Assembly (NCBI GenBank): GCA_038867615.1
Contig: JAWBYA010000003.1
Coordinates: 96,001 to 160,000, forward strand
Source of the DNA: Sulfolobales archaeon
GTDB taxonomy: Archaea > Thermoproteota > Thermoprotei_A > Sulfolobales > AG1
Direction: 5' to 3'
DNA length: 64,000 bases
The notes under the pieces are model-generated. The model searched no databases. It was not told where the DNA came from and saw nothing but the letters and a program-made list of their open reading frames with translations. The translations under genes and the position numbers were made by a program. Below are positions 39,893 through 50,238 of this stretch, in pieces; position 1 is the first letter of the stretch, and the number at the start of each line of letters is the position of its first letter.

Positions 39893-41314
39893 CTATTGTG
39901 ATGCGATCTGTTTAAGTCTTCTATAGCCTCCCCTAAGGCTATATACCTCGTAACCTTCTTCTCTGAGATGTCTTGCAAGGGCTTCGCTGGCCTCTCCAAA
40001 CTCACATACAAGCACTATCCTCTCTCCCTTTCTCAATAGCTCTTCAAGGTCGTCGAGCCCTCTTATAGAGCCATAACCTTTCTTCCTTGTTATGTCAACT
40101 ATTATAGATCCCTCTGGTATGGTGTCTATACTTACTATATCGCTTTTGAGATGTCTAATCACCTCTTCCTCCCAGCCTGTGTTATAGTTTATCTCGATAG
40201 CTCTTTCTAGAGCATGATCAAAGACCCCTTTATCGATCTTAGCGAATTCGACGACAAGGCTTTCCGGATCTATGTATAGCGGGTTACCACCACCTATGAA
40301 ACAGCTTTCAACAACCTTTGAGCTATATTCATATAAACCGAGATCCATGGAGAGTCTCATGATCTCTGCTTTATCAAACCCTATCAGAGGTCTTAGGATC
40401 AATAGATCGATTCCTTTCTGGGAGGCGTAAAGGACACTTAGCCTTTGTGATGAGGCTTCCCATATAGCCTCACCGGTAACGATCGCCGATGCTTTTACTT
40501 TCTCAGCAACAGATCTTCCGACCAGGTACATAGCCCTCCTCAGTGCCGGTTGCCATAGCTTTCTCTTAATCTTTGACCTTATCTCTGCAATTATCTCGGA
40601 GAAATCGATAACAAATACTCTGGGGTCGTATTTTAATGACCAGCGCTTAACAAGCACCTCACCAACCTTTAGAGCTCTGACAGTGTTATCCGGAGAGCCC
40701 ATAACGTAGTGCACTATATCGGCTGGAGATCCTCTTCTCATGATCATCCAGGTGGCTACAGGCGAATCAAAGCCTCCTGAGAATAGTGAGAGCACTTTTT
40801 CAGAGGATCCTAGGGGGAGGCCTCCATATCCTCTATGCTTCATCGAGCTAAGCGATACGAAAGCCCTCTCTCCCCTCACCTCTACATAGACAATCTCATC
40901 GGGGTTCTCTAGATCAACACCGGCTGAGCAGTCAAGAAGAGCACTCCCTATAACTCTTGCAGCGTCTAGCGATGTATATCCTGTAGATCCTGTTCTCCTT
41001 ACCCTTACAGCGAATTTTTTGTTTGTAAGGGAGTGGCAGAAATGATCTCTGATCTTCTTTGAAAGCTCGTAGAGATCCTTGGAGCTCTCGACAATGACTT
41101 CTAGAACCTCAACCACGCCGAAGAATCTGGCGAGATCCTCTGAGAGGTCTCGAGACGCCTCCACATAGATCCTCCCCCCATCTATTCTCTCTATATTAGT
41201 GATCTCGCTGCCCAGCGTATCCCTAATATTCCTAATAAGCCTTCTCTCCAGAAACCCTCTTAAACCACCCTTGAGGGATATTTCACCCGATAATCTTAAT
41301 AGGTATCTATGCAT
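39893..41314 (-). CDS. thiI: tRNA 4-thiouridine synthase (THUMP + PP-loop + rhodanese)
   Basis: GEISLKG, GGLPLGS, SGGFDSPVA, RPLIGFDK, C-terminal VCEFG..S rhodanese. Confidence 0.92.
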   Translation of the reverse strand: MHRYLLRLSGEISLKGGLRGFLERRLIRNIRDTLGSEITNIERIDGGRIYVEASRDLSEDLARFFGVVEVLEVIVESSKDLYELSKKIRDHFCHSLTNKKFAVRVRRTGSTGYTSLDAARVIGSALLDCSAGVDLENPDEIVYVEVRGERAFVSLSSMKHRGYGGLPLGSSEKVLSLFSGGFDSPVATWMIMRRGSPADIVHYVMGSPDNTVRALKVGEVLVKRWSLKYDPRVFVIDFSEIIAEIRSKIKRKLWQPALRRAMYLVGRSVAEKVKASAIVTGEAIWEASSQRLSVLYASQKGIDLLILRPLIGFDKAEIMRLSMDLGLYEYSSKVVESCFIGGGNPLYIDPESLVVEFAKIDKGVFDHALERAIEINYNTGWEEEVIRHLKSDIVSIDTIPEGSIIVDITRKKGYGSIRGLDDLEELLRKGERIVLVCEFGEASEALARHLREEGYEVYSLRGGYRRLKQIASQ

Positions 41315-41507
41315 CGCTCCTCCCTCTCAGGTTCTATAGACCCTCCCTATAATGAGTATACCATACAGGGCTCAAATCAAGCCTAAGCTATACTCTCTAC
41401 GATATAGCCTCTCACGCTTAGGACATATACTTAATGGGCCTTAGATTCTCCATTTGATTTCCTTACTATCTGAAATACCATCAGCTGTTTCCCAGTCTCT
41501 TCGGTGT

Positions 41508-42695
41508 TTATATATCCCCAGCATGGTTAGGCACTCTTGTTTTTATGAGATTCACGGTTTTCTCGACGTTTTTATATATATCTGGCGGTGCTCCGGGGTT
41601 TGTTTTGAGCATGATCTTTAGTAATGAGGCTAGCTTTTTCTCATCTATCGGGTGTTTCTCCAGAGATCTGATCCCTTCCCAGAGTTTAGGTGCTATTCTG
41701 GCGTTCTCCTCTTGCTCGAAATGCTTTTTTAGCGGGAATATAATACCAGGTACTCCTGAGGAGATCATGAGGGATATAATACCAAGTCCCGCAGGCGATA
41801 TTATTATATCGAAAGCTTTCACAACCTTTGGGAGGCTATACATATCTTCTAGGATCGCTATATCTATGCTTGGAGAGAGTTTATCTAGGATCTTCTCCAC
41901 CAGTGTTCTGTTATACTCACTGCCAGGAGCTATTGTTAGCGAGAAACTATCGAGATCTTTTAGCTCTCTTCCAACGATCTCTATAGATCTTATTATTATT
42001 TCAAGCATATCTATACCCCCACTCGTACCTCCTATCGAGAATAAGATCGAATACTTGTCACCAAGTTTTAGTATATTCCTTGCATCATTCTTACTAAGCA
42101 TCTCACCCTTAAGGACCGAGGGTAAGAGACCGATGTCTATAAACCCATATCTGGAGGCAGTAGTGTTTTTTAGACCCACATAGAGCTTTGTGTCAAATAC
42201 TCTATAGCTTTTCCTAAGGAAGATGTTAAGCAGGATAGACGAGGGGATCTCGGCTATGGATGTCGGTTTAAAGAATAAGAAATCCGTGATCAGGATCTTA
42301 TGGATCCCGCTATATAAAGCGGGTCTCTCAGCAAAGATCTTCATGAGCTCCCAGGACTCATCAGCTATTATAGCATCGTAATCATCTATAACCACCTCCT
42401 CGAGGATCCTGTTTTTGTTCATGTTAACCACATTATTAACCCTCGATATAAAGCCTAAGGAGAACCCTCCATATTCCTTTGATAGATAATATTCTGAGTA
42501 TATTTTTGAGAGACTCTCTATACTGTGCGACACACTATGGATCTTTAGACCCCAATGCTTAGCATAAGAGAGAGCAGGTTCCGAGCATAGCACTTCAACA
42601 TCAAATCCGAGATTGGATAGCGCATATACAAGAACTCTATCTCTCACAATATGACCCAAGCCCACAGATGATGATGCTAGCAAGATTCTCAACAA
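41508..42695 (-). CDS. GT-B glycosyltransferase (GT28/MJ1255-like)
   Basis: SVGLGHIVR, SIGGTSGG, AG, HFEQEENA. Confidence 0.8.
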   Translation of the reverse strand: MLRILLASSSVGLGHIVRDRVLVYALSNLGFDVEVLCSEPALSYAKHWGLKIHSVSHSIESLSKIYSEYYLSKEYGGFSLGFISRVNNVVNMNKNRILEEVVIDDYDAIIADESWELMKIFAERPALYSGIHKILITDFLFFKPTSIAEIPSSILLNIFLRKSYRVFDTKLYVGLKNTTASRYGFIDIGLLPSVLKGEMLSKNDARNILKLGDKYSILFSIGGTSGGIDMLEIIIRSIEIVGRELKDLDSFSLTIAPGSEYNRTLVEKILDKLSPSIDIAILEDMYSLPKVVKAFDIIISPAGLGIISLMISSGVPGIIFPLKKHFEQEENARIAPKLWEGIRSLEKHPIDEKKLASLLKIMLKTNPGAPPDIYKNVEKTVNLIKTRVPNHAGDI

Positions 42696-42748
42696 ACACC
42701 CCTATCTATTCAGGAGATCCCAACATATTAGTCGTACCCTCTATGCGG

Positions 42749-44020
42749 TTACTTGGAAATTACTGTCTTTAGATCCAGCATTGGTAGCTTTTTAATAGCA
42801 ATAAGGGCCACGGAGATCCTCATTAATGTTGATATGGCAAACGTGACCTCAGGGCCATATATTATATAGGTGGATATTATAGAGCCAGCAGCAGATGATA
42901 TGGCTGCTGATATATTTGTACTCAGGGTTATTAGCGAGAGAATCGCTGGCCTGAGATCCCTTGGCAATAGGTAGAGGTTATAGAGACCTGTAAGGAGATC
43001 CCATGCAGACCACCAAACAGCCGAGTAGATTTCAAGAGCTATCTGGGATGGGAGGCTTCTTGCAGCAATAAACATTAGAGGGATTGGTGATATGAGAATT
43101 AGCGATGCTATAAAGGATCTCCTCACATCCAGTATTTGAATAATATAGGGCCATATGCCGAGCATTAGGGCTTTGGCTAGATATGTGGTTGCCGCCTTAG
43201 CGGTGATCCATATTTCATCGCCACCTATACTATAGATCAAATAATAGTTCCAGAGGGATGCCGGCAGGTTTACTGCTGCTGTGTAAAGAATTATAATTGC
43301 TATATACCACTTAGCCCTTTCAGCTGCTAGGAGTTCCCAGTATAGCTTTATTTGGGATCTTATCCTGAGAGTCTCACGGGGTTGCTTGAAGTGTTCAACA
43401 ACTATTGGGTCATCTTTTATCATGATTAGAAAGAATGTTGAGACGATCGCTAACGCGAAGCTCGTGATATACAATGTTATATATGCCTCGAGACTGCCGC
43501 CTCCAAAGCTCACAAACACGGCTACAGATGCTGTGAGAGATGCTAGAGCAGCTAAGTTCATTAGAGAATTCAATGTTCCGAAGTATCTGGCCGCTCTATC
43601 TCTGCTAACAAGATCTCCCCCAACATCAGAGGCGGCTATCCCTGCTATTGCCCCTGAGGCTTGTGATGCTGCCACTATTAAGTATAATAACAACACACCC
43701 AGATCTCGGGGAATAGTTATAGTTAGGATGAGCAATGACCACCCGATCCTGTTGGTGGTGCCGAATAATAGCCATAGCTTTTTCCTATAATACCTATAGC
43801 TATTAATGAGGATTGTTCCTAAAAGAGCTCCGGCACCTACAGCACTTAGCTGTACTGCCACCAGGATTCCTAGTAATGCTATATCCATGCCAAGGAATCT
43901 TATTCCTAGCAGTTGTGAGAGCGATGTTGAGAGGGATACCGAGAAGCTATAGGTTGAGGCTTCTACTTTCCAATATGTAAGGCTTCTTTCCTTTATAGTC
44001 TCATTTGCCACCCTAACCAC
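42749..44020 (-). CDS. MFS transporter
   Basis: About 12 hydrophobic segments; GDLVSRDRAARYFG loop. Confidence 0.78.
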   Translation of the reverse strand: MVRVANETIKERSLTYWKVEASTYSFSVSLSTSLSQLLGIRFLGMDIALLGILVAVQLSAVGAGALLGTILINSYRYYRKKLWLLFGTTNRIGWSLLILTITIPRDLGVLLLYLIVAASQASGAIAGIAASDVGGDLVSRDRAARYFGTLNSLMNLAALASLTASVAVFVSFGGGSLEAYITLYITSFALAIVSTFFLIMIKDDPIVVEHFKQPRETLRIRSQIKLYWELLAAERAKWYIAIIILYTAAVNLPASLWNYYLIYSIGGDEIWITAKAATTYLAKALMLGIWPYIIQILDVRRSFIASLILISPIPLMFIAARSLPSQIALEIYSAVWWSAWDLLTGLYNLYLLPRDLRPAILSLITLSTNISAAISSAAGSIISTYIIYGPEVTFAISTLMRISVALIAIKKLPMLDLKTVISK

Positions 44021-44125
44021 CCGTGGCTTTCTATGAGTTTGAAAATTCTCTAGACTCCTTGTAAAGCCGGTAGTTTGTTCTGCTATATCATCCTGCCTAC
44101 TAGACTGTTAAGCAGATCATCATAT

Positions 44126-44299
44126 CTACTTGATCTTCTTCCCACCGAATCTAAGCTTTCTAGGCCTTAGATCGTAGCTTTTACACCGCCTGCACTTAAT
44201 AGCTCTATAGGGATTGATAGCACCACATCTTCTACAGATCTTCTTATTAAGCTTCCTATCCATCACGATCTTCATTAGCTCGGGGTCGTTGAGCGGCAT
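44126..44299 (-). CDS. rpl40e: 50S ribosomal protein L40e (not in ORF track)
   Basis: Manual translation MPLNDPELMKIVMDRKLNKKICRRCGAINPYRAIKCRRCKSYDLRPRK..., 57 aa. Confidence 0.96.
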   Translation of the reverse strand: MPLNDPELMKIVMDRKLNKKICRRCGAINPYRAIKCRRCKSYDLRPRKLRFGGKKIK

Positions 44300-44390
44300 A
44301 GCCCATCAAAGCTATTTGTATAAAGCAACCTAAAAGCCTTTGTGGTATGCTGTTCAGCTTTAAATCCGGTTAGGGGAATCTTTATATGAG

Positions 44391-44483
44391 GCCGGGGTGG
44401 CCGAGCGGTCTAAGGCGGCGGGCTGCAGTGGTGTTGTGCCGAAACCCGTTTAATCGCGGGTTCGAATCCCGCCCCCGGCTCCA
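44391..44483 (+). tRNA. tRNA-Cys(GCA) with 15-nt intron at 37/38 (44429-44443), encoded CCA
   Basis: Acceptor GCCGGGG/CCCCGGC, U73, anticodon stem GCGGG/CCCGT, T-loop TTCGAAT. Confidence 0.92.
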
Positions 44484-44569
44484 GCTCCACAAACCACTAT
44501 TCTTAGCCACTATGCTTTGGAATGAGCTATAAAGCTTATTAAAACTCTGGTACAGTAAAGCTAGTAGGG

Positions 44570-44824
44570 TTGACAAGAGTGTCGTTTGACGACGCGTGTA
44601 AAGAGAAAGACCTAGCTATATGTATATGTAAGGCACAGGATGAGAAGAAGAGCCCGGAGATTGGTTGTAGAAATGAGGAGCCTTGCTATGTTTGCTGGAA
44701 GTGCGGTAGGTATTTCCCTTACAGCAAGATTACAATAGTAGAGACGCTTAGATGTCCCTGCTGTGGTTATAGGATCATAGCTAAAGCCAGGCTACCTACA
44801 GGACGGGCTATAAAGGCTATATAG
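44570..44824 (+). CDS. rpo12: RNA polymerase subunit Rpo12 (RpoP)-like, N-terminally extended
   Basis: YVCWKCG...RCPCCGYRII.K.R.....IKAI matches the Rpo12 zinc ribbon and C-terminus. Confidence 0.8.
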   Translation: MTRVSFDDACKEKDLAICICKAQDEKKSPEIGCRNEEPCYVCWKCGRYFPYSKITIVETLRCPCCGYRIIAKARLPTGRAIKAI

Positions 44825-44921
44825 ATAAACCCACAGCGCTTGACCAGGTCTATAATAGATCCGACTGCTTTAGGGGTTAATAATGCCAACCTAATCCTGT
44901 TGTGGTACAGACAGAGATGTA

Positions 44922-45224
44922 TTGTATTGGTGGCATTGTATACCGCGCCTCTCAATAGATCTTGCTGACGCTATTAAGAAAATCTGTAATCTCGGATCTG
45001 TGGTTTTAGTGATGAGTCGAATTCAAATATTGTCTCACACATGTGGTGAAGCAGTGTTCCAAGCCACCCGGGATATGATCCTCGTAGATGAGAGCTCCAT
45101 TAAGTTGAGCCGAGACAGAGCCATTGAGCCCACGGGTAGCAGGATCCCTGTGAAAGATATCAAGGTGACATGGACATTAGTATCCAAGGAAACAAGTGCT
45201 TATCATTATTATTGTTTGAAATAA
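44922..45224 (+). CDS. Hypothetical protein (doubtful)
   Basis: 100-aa ORF filling the gap before metE; no motif. Confidence 0.3.
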   Translation: MYWWHCIPRLSIDLADAIKKICNLGSVVLVMSRIQILSHTCGEAVFQATRDMILVDESSIKLSRDRAIEPTGSRIPVKDIKVTWTLVSKETSAYHYYCLK

Positions 45225-45279
45225 AATAAGCTTCGTAATGTGGATAACTAGGAGGTGGAGGGATACGAGAGAGCTAGGT

Positions 45280-46284
45280 GTGGAGCTCCCAATACTACCC
45301 ACAACCGTTATTGGGAGTTATCCAAGGCCTAGGTGGTTGAGGCATATGATAAGATTGTGGAGCACAGGTAGAGTGGATGATAGGGCTCTTGATGAGGCGT
45401 TTAGAGACTCTGTAAGAGTTATTGTGAGGGAGCAGGAGGAGGCGGGGATCGATATACCGAGTGATGGTGAGATGTGGAGGGATGAAATGGTGGAGTATTT
45501 CGCAGAAAGGATCGATGGGTTTAGGTTCTACGGCCCGGTGAGGGTTTGGGGTAATAATTACTTCAACAAACCAGCTGTTGTTTCAAAGCTCTCTTATAGG
45601 GAGCCAATAGTGGTTAAGGAATACATGTTCCTCAGATCTGTTAGTAGTAGAGCTGTTGTTAAGGTAACAATAACAGGGCCTTACACGATAGCTGATTGGA
45701 GCTTTAACGAGTACTACGGATCTAAAGAGGAGCTTACCTTCGAGCTAGCGAAGATTATAAATAGAGAGATAATAGAGCTTGAGAAAGCCGGGGCTTTATT
45801 TGTTCAGGTTGACGAGCCAGCGCTAACAACACACCCAGAGGAGATGGACTGGGCTGTTGATGCTATAAACCAGGTTACAAAGGGGGTGGGTATAAAGCTC
45901 GGTCTCCACGTATGCTATAGCGATTATAGCCTCCTCTCAAGATATTTTGATAGGCTATCCTTCAGCCAATTCGCGCTTGAGTTTGCTAACCGCGACTATA
46001 GGGATCTTGGAGTACTTTCAAAACTAGGGGATAGGGAGATAGGGTTGGGGGTTGTGGATGTCCATAACAGATCTATTGAGGATCCGCAACATGTTTCGAA
46101 GGCTATAGAGAAGGCTATGACGTATGTAGAGCCTGAAAAGATTTACGTCAACCCCGACTGCGGCTTAAAGCTACTCCCAAGAGAGATTGCTAGGAAGAAA
46201 CTTGAGGTCATGGTCTCCGGCGTGAAGATCGTTAGAAAGGAGCTTTTGTCTAGGGGTATTGAGAGGACAGTACTGAGGGGATAG
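45280..46284 (+). CDS. metE: Cobalamin-independent methionine synthase, catalytic half of split MetE
   Basis: TTVIGSYPRP, DGE..R.EMVEYF, QVDEPA, HVCY, NPDCGLK; GTG 45280 preferred. Confidence 0.92.
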   Translation: MELPILPTTVIGSYPRPRWLRHMIRLWSTGRVDDRALDEAFRDSVRVIVREQEEAGIDIPSDGEMWRDEMVEYFAERIDGFRFYGPVRVWGNNYFNKPAVVSKLSYREPIVVKEYMFLRSVSSRAVVKVTITGPYTIADWSFNEYYGSKEELTFELAKIINREIIELEKAGALFVQVDEPALTTHPEEMDWAVDAINQVTKGVGIKLGLHVCYSDYSLLSRYFDRLSFSQFALEFANRDYRDLGVLSKLGDREIGLGVVDVHNRSIEDPQHVSKAIEKAMTYVEPEKIYVNPDCGLKLLPREIARKKLEVMVSGVKIVRKELLSRGIERTVLRG

Positions 46285-46286
46285 CA

Positions 46287-47297
46287 ATGCCTGTCATGAT
46301 CATGCAACACGGTATATACCCTAGACCCAGAGGTCTTGCAAGAGCCATATCTAGGTTCTCCTCTGGGAAGATGTCTCAGGAAGATCTTGAGAGGGTCTAT
46401 GAGAAATATACTGAGAGGTTTTTCAAACTCTTAAAGGGTCTAGGCTATGATAGGTTCAGCGATGGCATGTTTAGGTGGGACGATATATTCAACCCCCTTA
46501 TCTCGGGAATAGGCGGGGTTGTTGTGAACGGTCTCAGGAGGTTCTATGATAACAACTACTTTTTCAGGCAACCCATAGTGAGAGGGAGGATCTCTTATGG
46601 CGAGCCAAAGATCTCGAGGATGCTTGCGAAAAGCCTATCGATAGCGAGAAACCTGGGCATAGAGCCCAACAGAGTCTCGCTCTCCCTTGCAGGACCGTAT
46701 ACAATGGCTACAAACGCTCTCATAGAAACTAGCGACTATGACGTGGAGAAGTTCATGAGAGACTATACAGAGAAGGTAATATATAGTGAGATAGAGGGCT
46801 CGCTTAAGGAGGGCGTGGTAAATATAGATCTCCACGAACCATCTATAGCTGTTATGGGGGGTGCTAAGCTAGACGCTGTTAGAGAAATATATGAGGAGAT
46901 TGCGAGAAACTTCCCCAAAGCAAGGGTCTGGGCTATCATGTATTTTGGATATAACGGAGAAGGGGTTAGGATGTTTAGAGAAGCCTCCACGAGGTTTGGT
47001 AATATAGGGTATGTGGTTGATATGGTTGAGGCGCCAGAGAGCGCTTGGAACGGGCTGGGAGAGCTTCTAGGGGTAGGCGGTATTGGGATAGCTATTATTA
47101 ACTCGAGGACTACGAAGATGGAGAGGTATAGGGATATAGCTTCGAAGCTGTTAAAAGCGCTCGGTGGATATGAAGGCGATCTATACCTCACGCATAACGC
47201 TAGTCTCGAGTTCCTCCCCGAGAAGATAGCTGTGAGGAAGCTCAGGCTTCTGAGAAGATTCGCTATAAAGATCAACAGAGATGTTCAGAAGACCTAG
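46287..47297 (+). CDS. MetE N-terminal-like half (split MetE partner)
   Basis: GIYPR, DGMFRWDDIF, RFYDNNYFFRQP, GPYT, HEPS, LEFLP; lacks Zn ligands. Confidence 0.8.
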   Translation: MPVMIMQHGIYPRPRGLARAISRFSSGKMSQEDLERVYEKYTERFFKLLKGLGYDRFSDGMFRWDDIFNPLISGIGGVVVNGLRRFYDNNYFFRQPIVRGRISYGEPKISRMLAKSLSIARNLGIEPNRVSLSLAGPYTMATNALIETSDYDVEKFMRDYTEKVIYSEIEGSLKEGVVNIDLHEPSIAVMGGAKLDAVREIYEEIARNFPKARVWAIMYFGYNGEGVRMFREASTRFGNIGYVVDMVEAPESAWNGLGELLGVGGIGIAIINSRTTKMERYRDIASKLLKALGGYEGDLYLTHNASLEFLPEKIAVRKLRLLRRFAIKINRDVQKT

Positions 47298-47317
47298 CCA
47301 GCCCTGTCAAATAGCTG

Positions 47318-47956
47318 CTACCCTTTCTCTGCAGCATTGGAGAAACCAACAACCCTTCTCCTCAGATGCCTGCCAGCACCCTTGAACCTCTCCTCCTCCC
47401 ATACGTTTCCTCTCTCGTGATAGCCTCTCTCTTCCCAGTAGCCGTCTACATAGCGGTCTAGAAAGACCAGTTTTTCAACCCATTTTGCTCCTTTCCAGCC
47501 GTATAGATGGGGTATGAAGATCCTTGCTGGGTATCCCTGCTCTATGCTGAGAGGCTTTCCATTTATCTCAAGGGCGATGATAGCTCTGGGATCTCTCGCA
47601 TCCTCTATGGGTACTATTGTTGTATAGCCATCCATGCTTATAGTATATAGCCATCTAGCCTCTTGTTTAACACCAACCATACCCATGATCTTCGAGAGTG
47701 ATACGCCCCTCCACCTCACATTAGCAACACTCCATCCAGTCACACAATGAAAGTCGGAGGTGTATTCAGCGTCTGCAAGTGATTTGAGCTCGTCATAGCT
47801 TAGTTCTAAGTTCTTCTCAACAAGACCGCTAACAACCAACCTATATTTATTTATATCAACCTTAGGGATCCCGAACTCTGCATATATAATGAATCTCGAG
47901 ATCCATCGCTGTCCGGGAGGCGTGTTTTTCGCCTCTACTTGAACCAAGACCCCCAC
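47318..47956 (-). CDS. Sulfite oxidase-like molybdopterin oxidoreductase
   Basis: PPGQ, DFHCVTGWS, GYPAR...P.LYGWKGAKW, GYWEERGYH. Confidence 0.9.
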   Translation of the reverse strand: MGVLVQVEAKNTPPGQRWISRFIIYAEFGIPKVDINKYRLVVSGLVEKNLELSYDELKSLADAEYTSDFHCVTGWSVANVRWRGVSLSKIMGMVGVKQEARWLYTISMDGYTTIVPIEDARDPRAIIALEINGKPLSIEQGYPARIFIPHLYGWKGAKWVEKLVFLDRYVDGYWEERGYHERGNVWEEERFKGAGRHLRRRVVGFSNAAEKG

Positions 47957-48074
47957 CTAGTCTTAATAGATTATCTCTAATGCAGTAATAAGCTTAGCTG
48001 GTTCTGTAGTTGGTGATCTCGAACTTCGCTTATCCTTATAACAACTCCTGCTAATATTCCTTTGGTATAATGCT

Positions 48075-49139
48075 TTGGGCAAACATCTGGCGAGACACCT
48101 AATAGATCTTCCTAGGAGCATCTTGATAGGCAGTGGTATTAGGTATGAGGTGCCTCAGAGAATCCTTAGTCTAGGTATTGGGAGAAGCTTTCTCCTAGTA
48201 AGCGGCTCTGGAAACACCAGGACATATGCCAAAGAGGTATCAGAGATTCTGGCTGACAACGGTTTCGAGGTATCGAGGATAGAGATCTCCGCCTCAACGA
48301 TCGAGAATGTTGAGAAAGTGATTGAAGCCCTGAGAGAACGCGGGATCGATGGTGTTATAGGACTCGGAGGAGGAAAGGCTATAGATGTTGCTAAGTACTC
48401 AGCAAAACAGCTTGGAAAGCCTTTTATAAGCTTCCCAACAGCACCCTCCCACGATGGAATAGCATCGCCCTTCGCATCGATAAAAGGAATAGGCGAGGTA
48501 AAGTCTGTAGGTGCGGTAACACCGATAGCTATTTTTGTCGACCTGGATTACATGGTCAAGTCTCCTAGAAGGCTCTTGATAGCAGGGGTCGGGGATCTTA
48601 TAGCAAAGTTCACAGCTGTGCTCGATTGGAGGCTAGCGCATCTCCTCCATAATGAGTACTATGCAGAATATGCTGCCTCACTCGCTATCCATAGTGCCAA
48701 GCATGTTATAAGCTCCTGGCAGAGGATTAAGAACGGTACACTCGATTCCTACAGAATAGTTGTCGAAGGGCTTATAAGCAGTGGTGTTGCTATGTGCATA
48801 GCAGGGTCGACAAGACCTGCAAGCGGCTCCGAGCATCTGTTTAGCCACGCACTGGACATGGTTGCAGGATACCCGGCACTCCATGGAGAACAAGTGGGGG
48901 TTGGTACAATAATGATGGCATATCTCCATGGGAAGAAGTGGAAGAGGATAAGATATATACTTAAGGCTCTGGGAGCTCCTACATCGGCTAAGGAGCTGGG
49001 CGTATCTAGAGAAAAGATCATAGAGGCTCTCACAATAGCCCATAAGATAAGACCTGAAAGATATACAATACTCGGGAGAGACGGGCTCTCTATAGAGGCT
49101 GCGGAGAACTTAGCCATAGCTACTAAAGTGATAGACTAA
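48075..49139 (+). CDS. egsA: sn-glycerol-1-phosphate dehydrogenase
   Basis: GGGKAIDVAK, PTAPSHDGIAS, RPASGSEH, LHGEQVG, RYTIL. Confidence 0.96.
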   Translation: MGKHLARHLIDLPRSILIGSGIRYEVPQRILSLGIGRSFLLVSGSGNTRTYAKEVSEILADNGFEVSRIEISASTIENVEKVIEALRERGIDGVIGLGGGKAIDVAKYSAKQLGKPFISFPTAPSHDGIASPFASIKGIGEVKSVGAVTPIAIFVDLDYMVKSPRRLLIAGVGDLIAKFTAVLDWRLAHLLHNEYYAEYAASLAIHSAKHVISSWQRIKNGTLDSYRIVVEGLISSGVAMCIAGSTRPASGSEHLFSHALDMVAGYPALHGEQVGVGTIMMAYLHGKKWKRIRYILKALGAPTSAKELGVSREKIIEALTIAHKIRPERYTILGRDGLSIEAAENLAIATKVID

Positions 49140-49232
49140 GACATAGTTCGGGTTTCACAGCGATAGATGCTGTTTGTATCTATGCCCAAAGCCTAGTGTG
49201 AGTAGTACTGGACTATATGGGCTTAAATAGTT

Positions 49233-50153
49233 TCAGACGCCTGTAGCAATAGATCTGTTATTATCGCTACCTAGCGAATATATCCTCATATACATGTTCT
49301 TGATATCATCCTTCACTATATGGAGATATACTTGTGTTGTCTTTATATCCCTATGCCCCATTATTCTCTGAAGTGCTGGAAGAGGTAGGCCTTTCTTGAG
49401 GGCCTCTGTGGCGAAGGTGTGTCTCAGTATGTGGGGTCTAACTTTCCTGGGATCTATTCCTGCTCTTTGTGCTAGTTTCTTCAGCCTTTTATATAGGGCG
49501 GTGTATGTTATGGGGATAACTCTATCGTCATTGCCACCCACATGACTCTTCCAGGTTTCTAGGGCTTTTCTGGATAGATCCCCTATAAACACAACACGCT
49601 CTTCTCCATACTTAGCGTTCTTCACATATATCTCTCTAGCCTCGAGATCTACATCGCTCCATGTGATCGAGAGCAGCTCGGAGGCTCTTAATCCTGTTTC
49701 GATTAATAGAGAGATTATGACCAAGTCTAATAGATCTCTACACGCATCAATAAGCCTATAGATCTCTTGGGGCTTGAGAGTATCTATAAGCTTCCTCGAG
49801 CCTCTTTTAAAGCTACCAACGCTTATGTTTCTCCCAAGCCATTTTATAAAAGATCTTATGAAGAGTGAGTAGTAATAAAGCGTGTTTTGAGAAGCCTTTA
49901 TATCTCCCTTCCTTCTCTCGAACCCGTTTTTGAGCCTTGTGAGTCGCCACGTCTGGATATCTCTCTCAGTCAGCTCAGAGACCTTCTTATTACCCACCAC
50001 CTTTACCAGATCCTTTACAGCGGCCCTATAGCTCCTTATAGTCTTCTCACTAGCCCCAGCGGCCCTTAGCTGGACTAGAAACTCCTCTAACACGTCTTCG
50101 AGGGTTAGATCAAGCATTTCTTCAGATGCTCTGGGTATCTCAAACTTAGTCAT
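49233..50153 (-). CDS. xerA: Tyrosine recombinase, XerA-like
   Basis: SAM-like N-domain, TGLRASE, K, HILRHTFAT, MGH...TTQVY; housekeeping context. Confidence 0.85.
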   Translation of the reverse strand: MTKFEIPRASEEMLDLTLEDVLEEFLVQLRAAGASEKTIRSYRAAVKDLVKVVGNKKVSELTERDIQTWRLTRLKNGFERRKGDIKASQNTLYYYSLFIRSFIKWLGRNISVGSFKRGSRKLIDTLKPQEIYRLIDACRDLLDLVIISLLIETGLRASELLSITWSDVDLEAREIYVKNAKYGEERVVFIGDLSRKALETWKSHVGGNDDRVIPITYTALYKRLKKLAQRAGIDPRKVRPHILRHTFATEALKKGLPLPALQRIMGHRDIKTTQVYLHIVKDDIKNMYMRIYSLGSDNNRSIATGV

Positions 50154-50238
50154 ATGTATATCCTTATATCAAGCTAAAGGAGATCTGGGGTTAAAAAAGT
50201 TATCGGTTAAATCGTTGTGTTAAAATGTGTTGGTTTCT

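Noticed and set aside
44060-44125. C/D box sRNA downstream of rpl40e (minus-strand ATGATGA...GGATGA)
   Set aside because: No CTGA D box at the expected distance; similar candidates near 15592 and 17246 also lack D boxes
44382-44576. 64-aa minus-strand ORF
   Set aside because: Antisense shadow of tRNA-Cys
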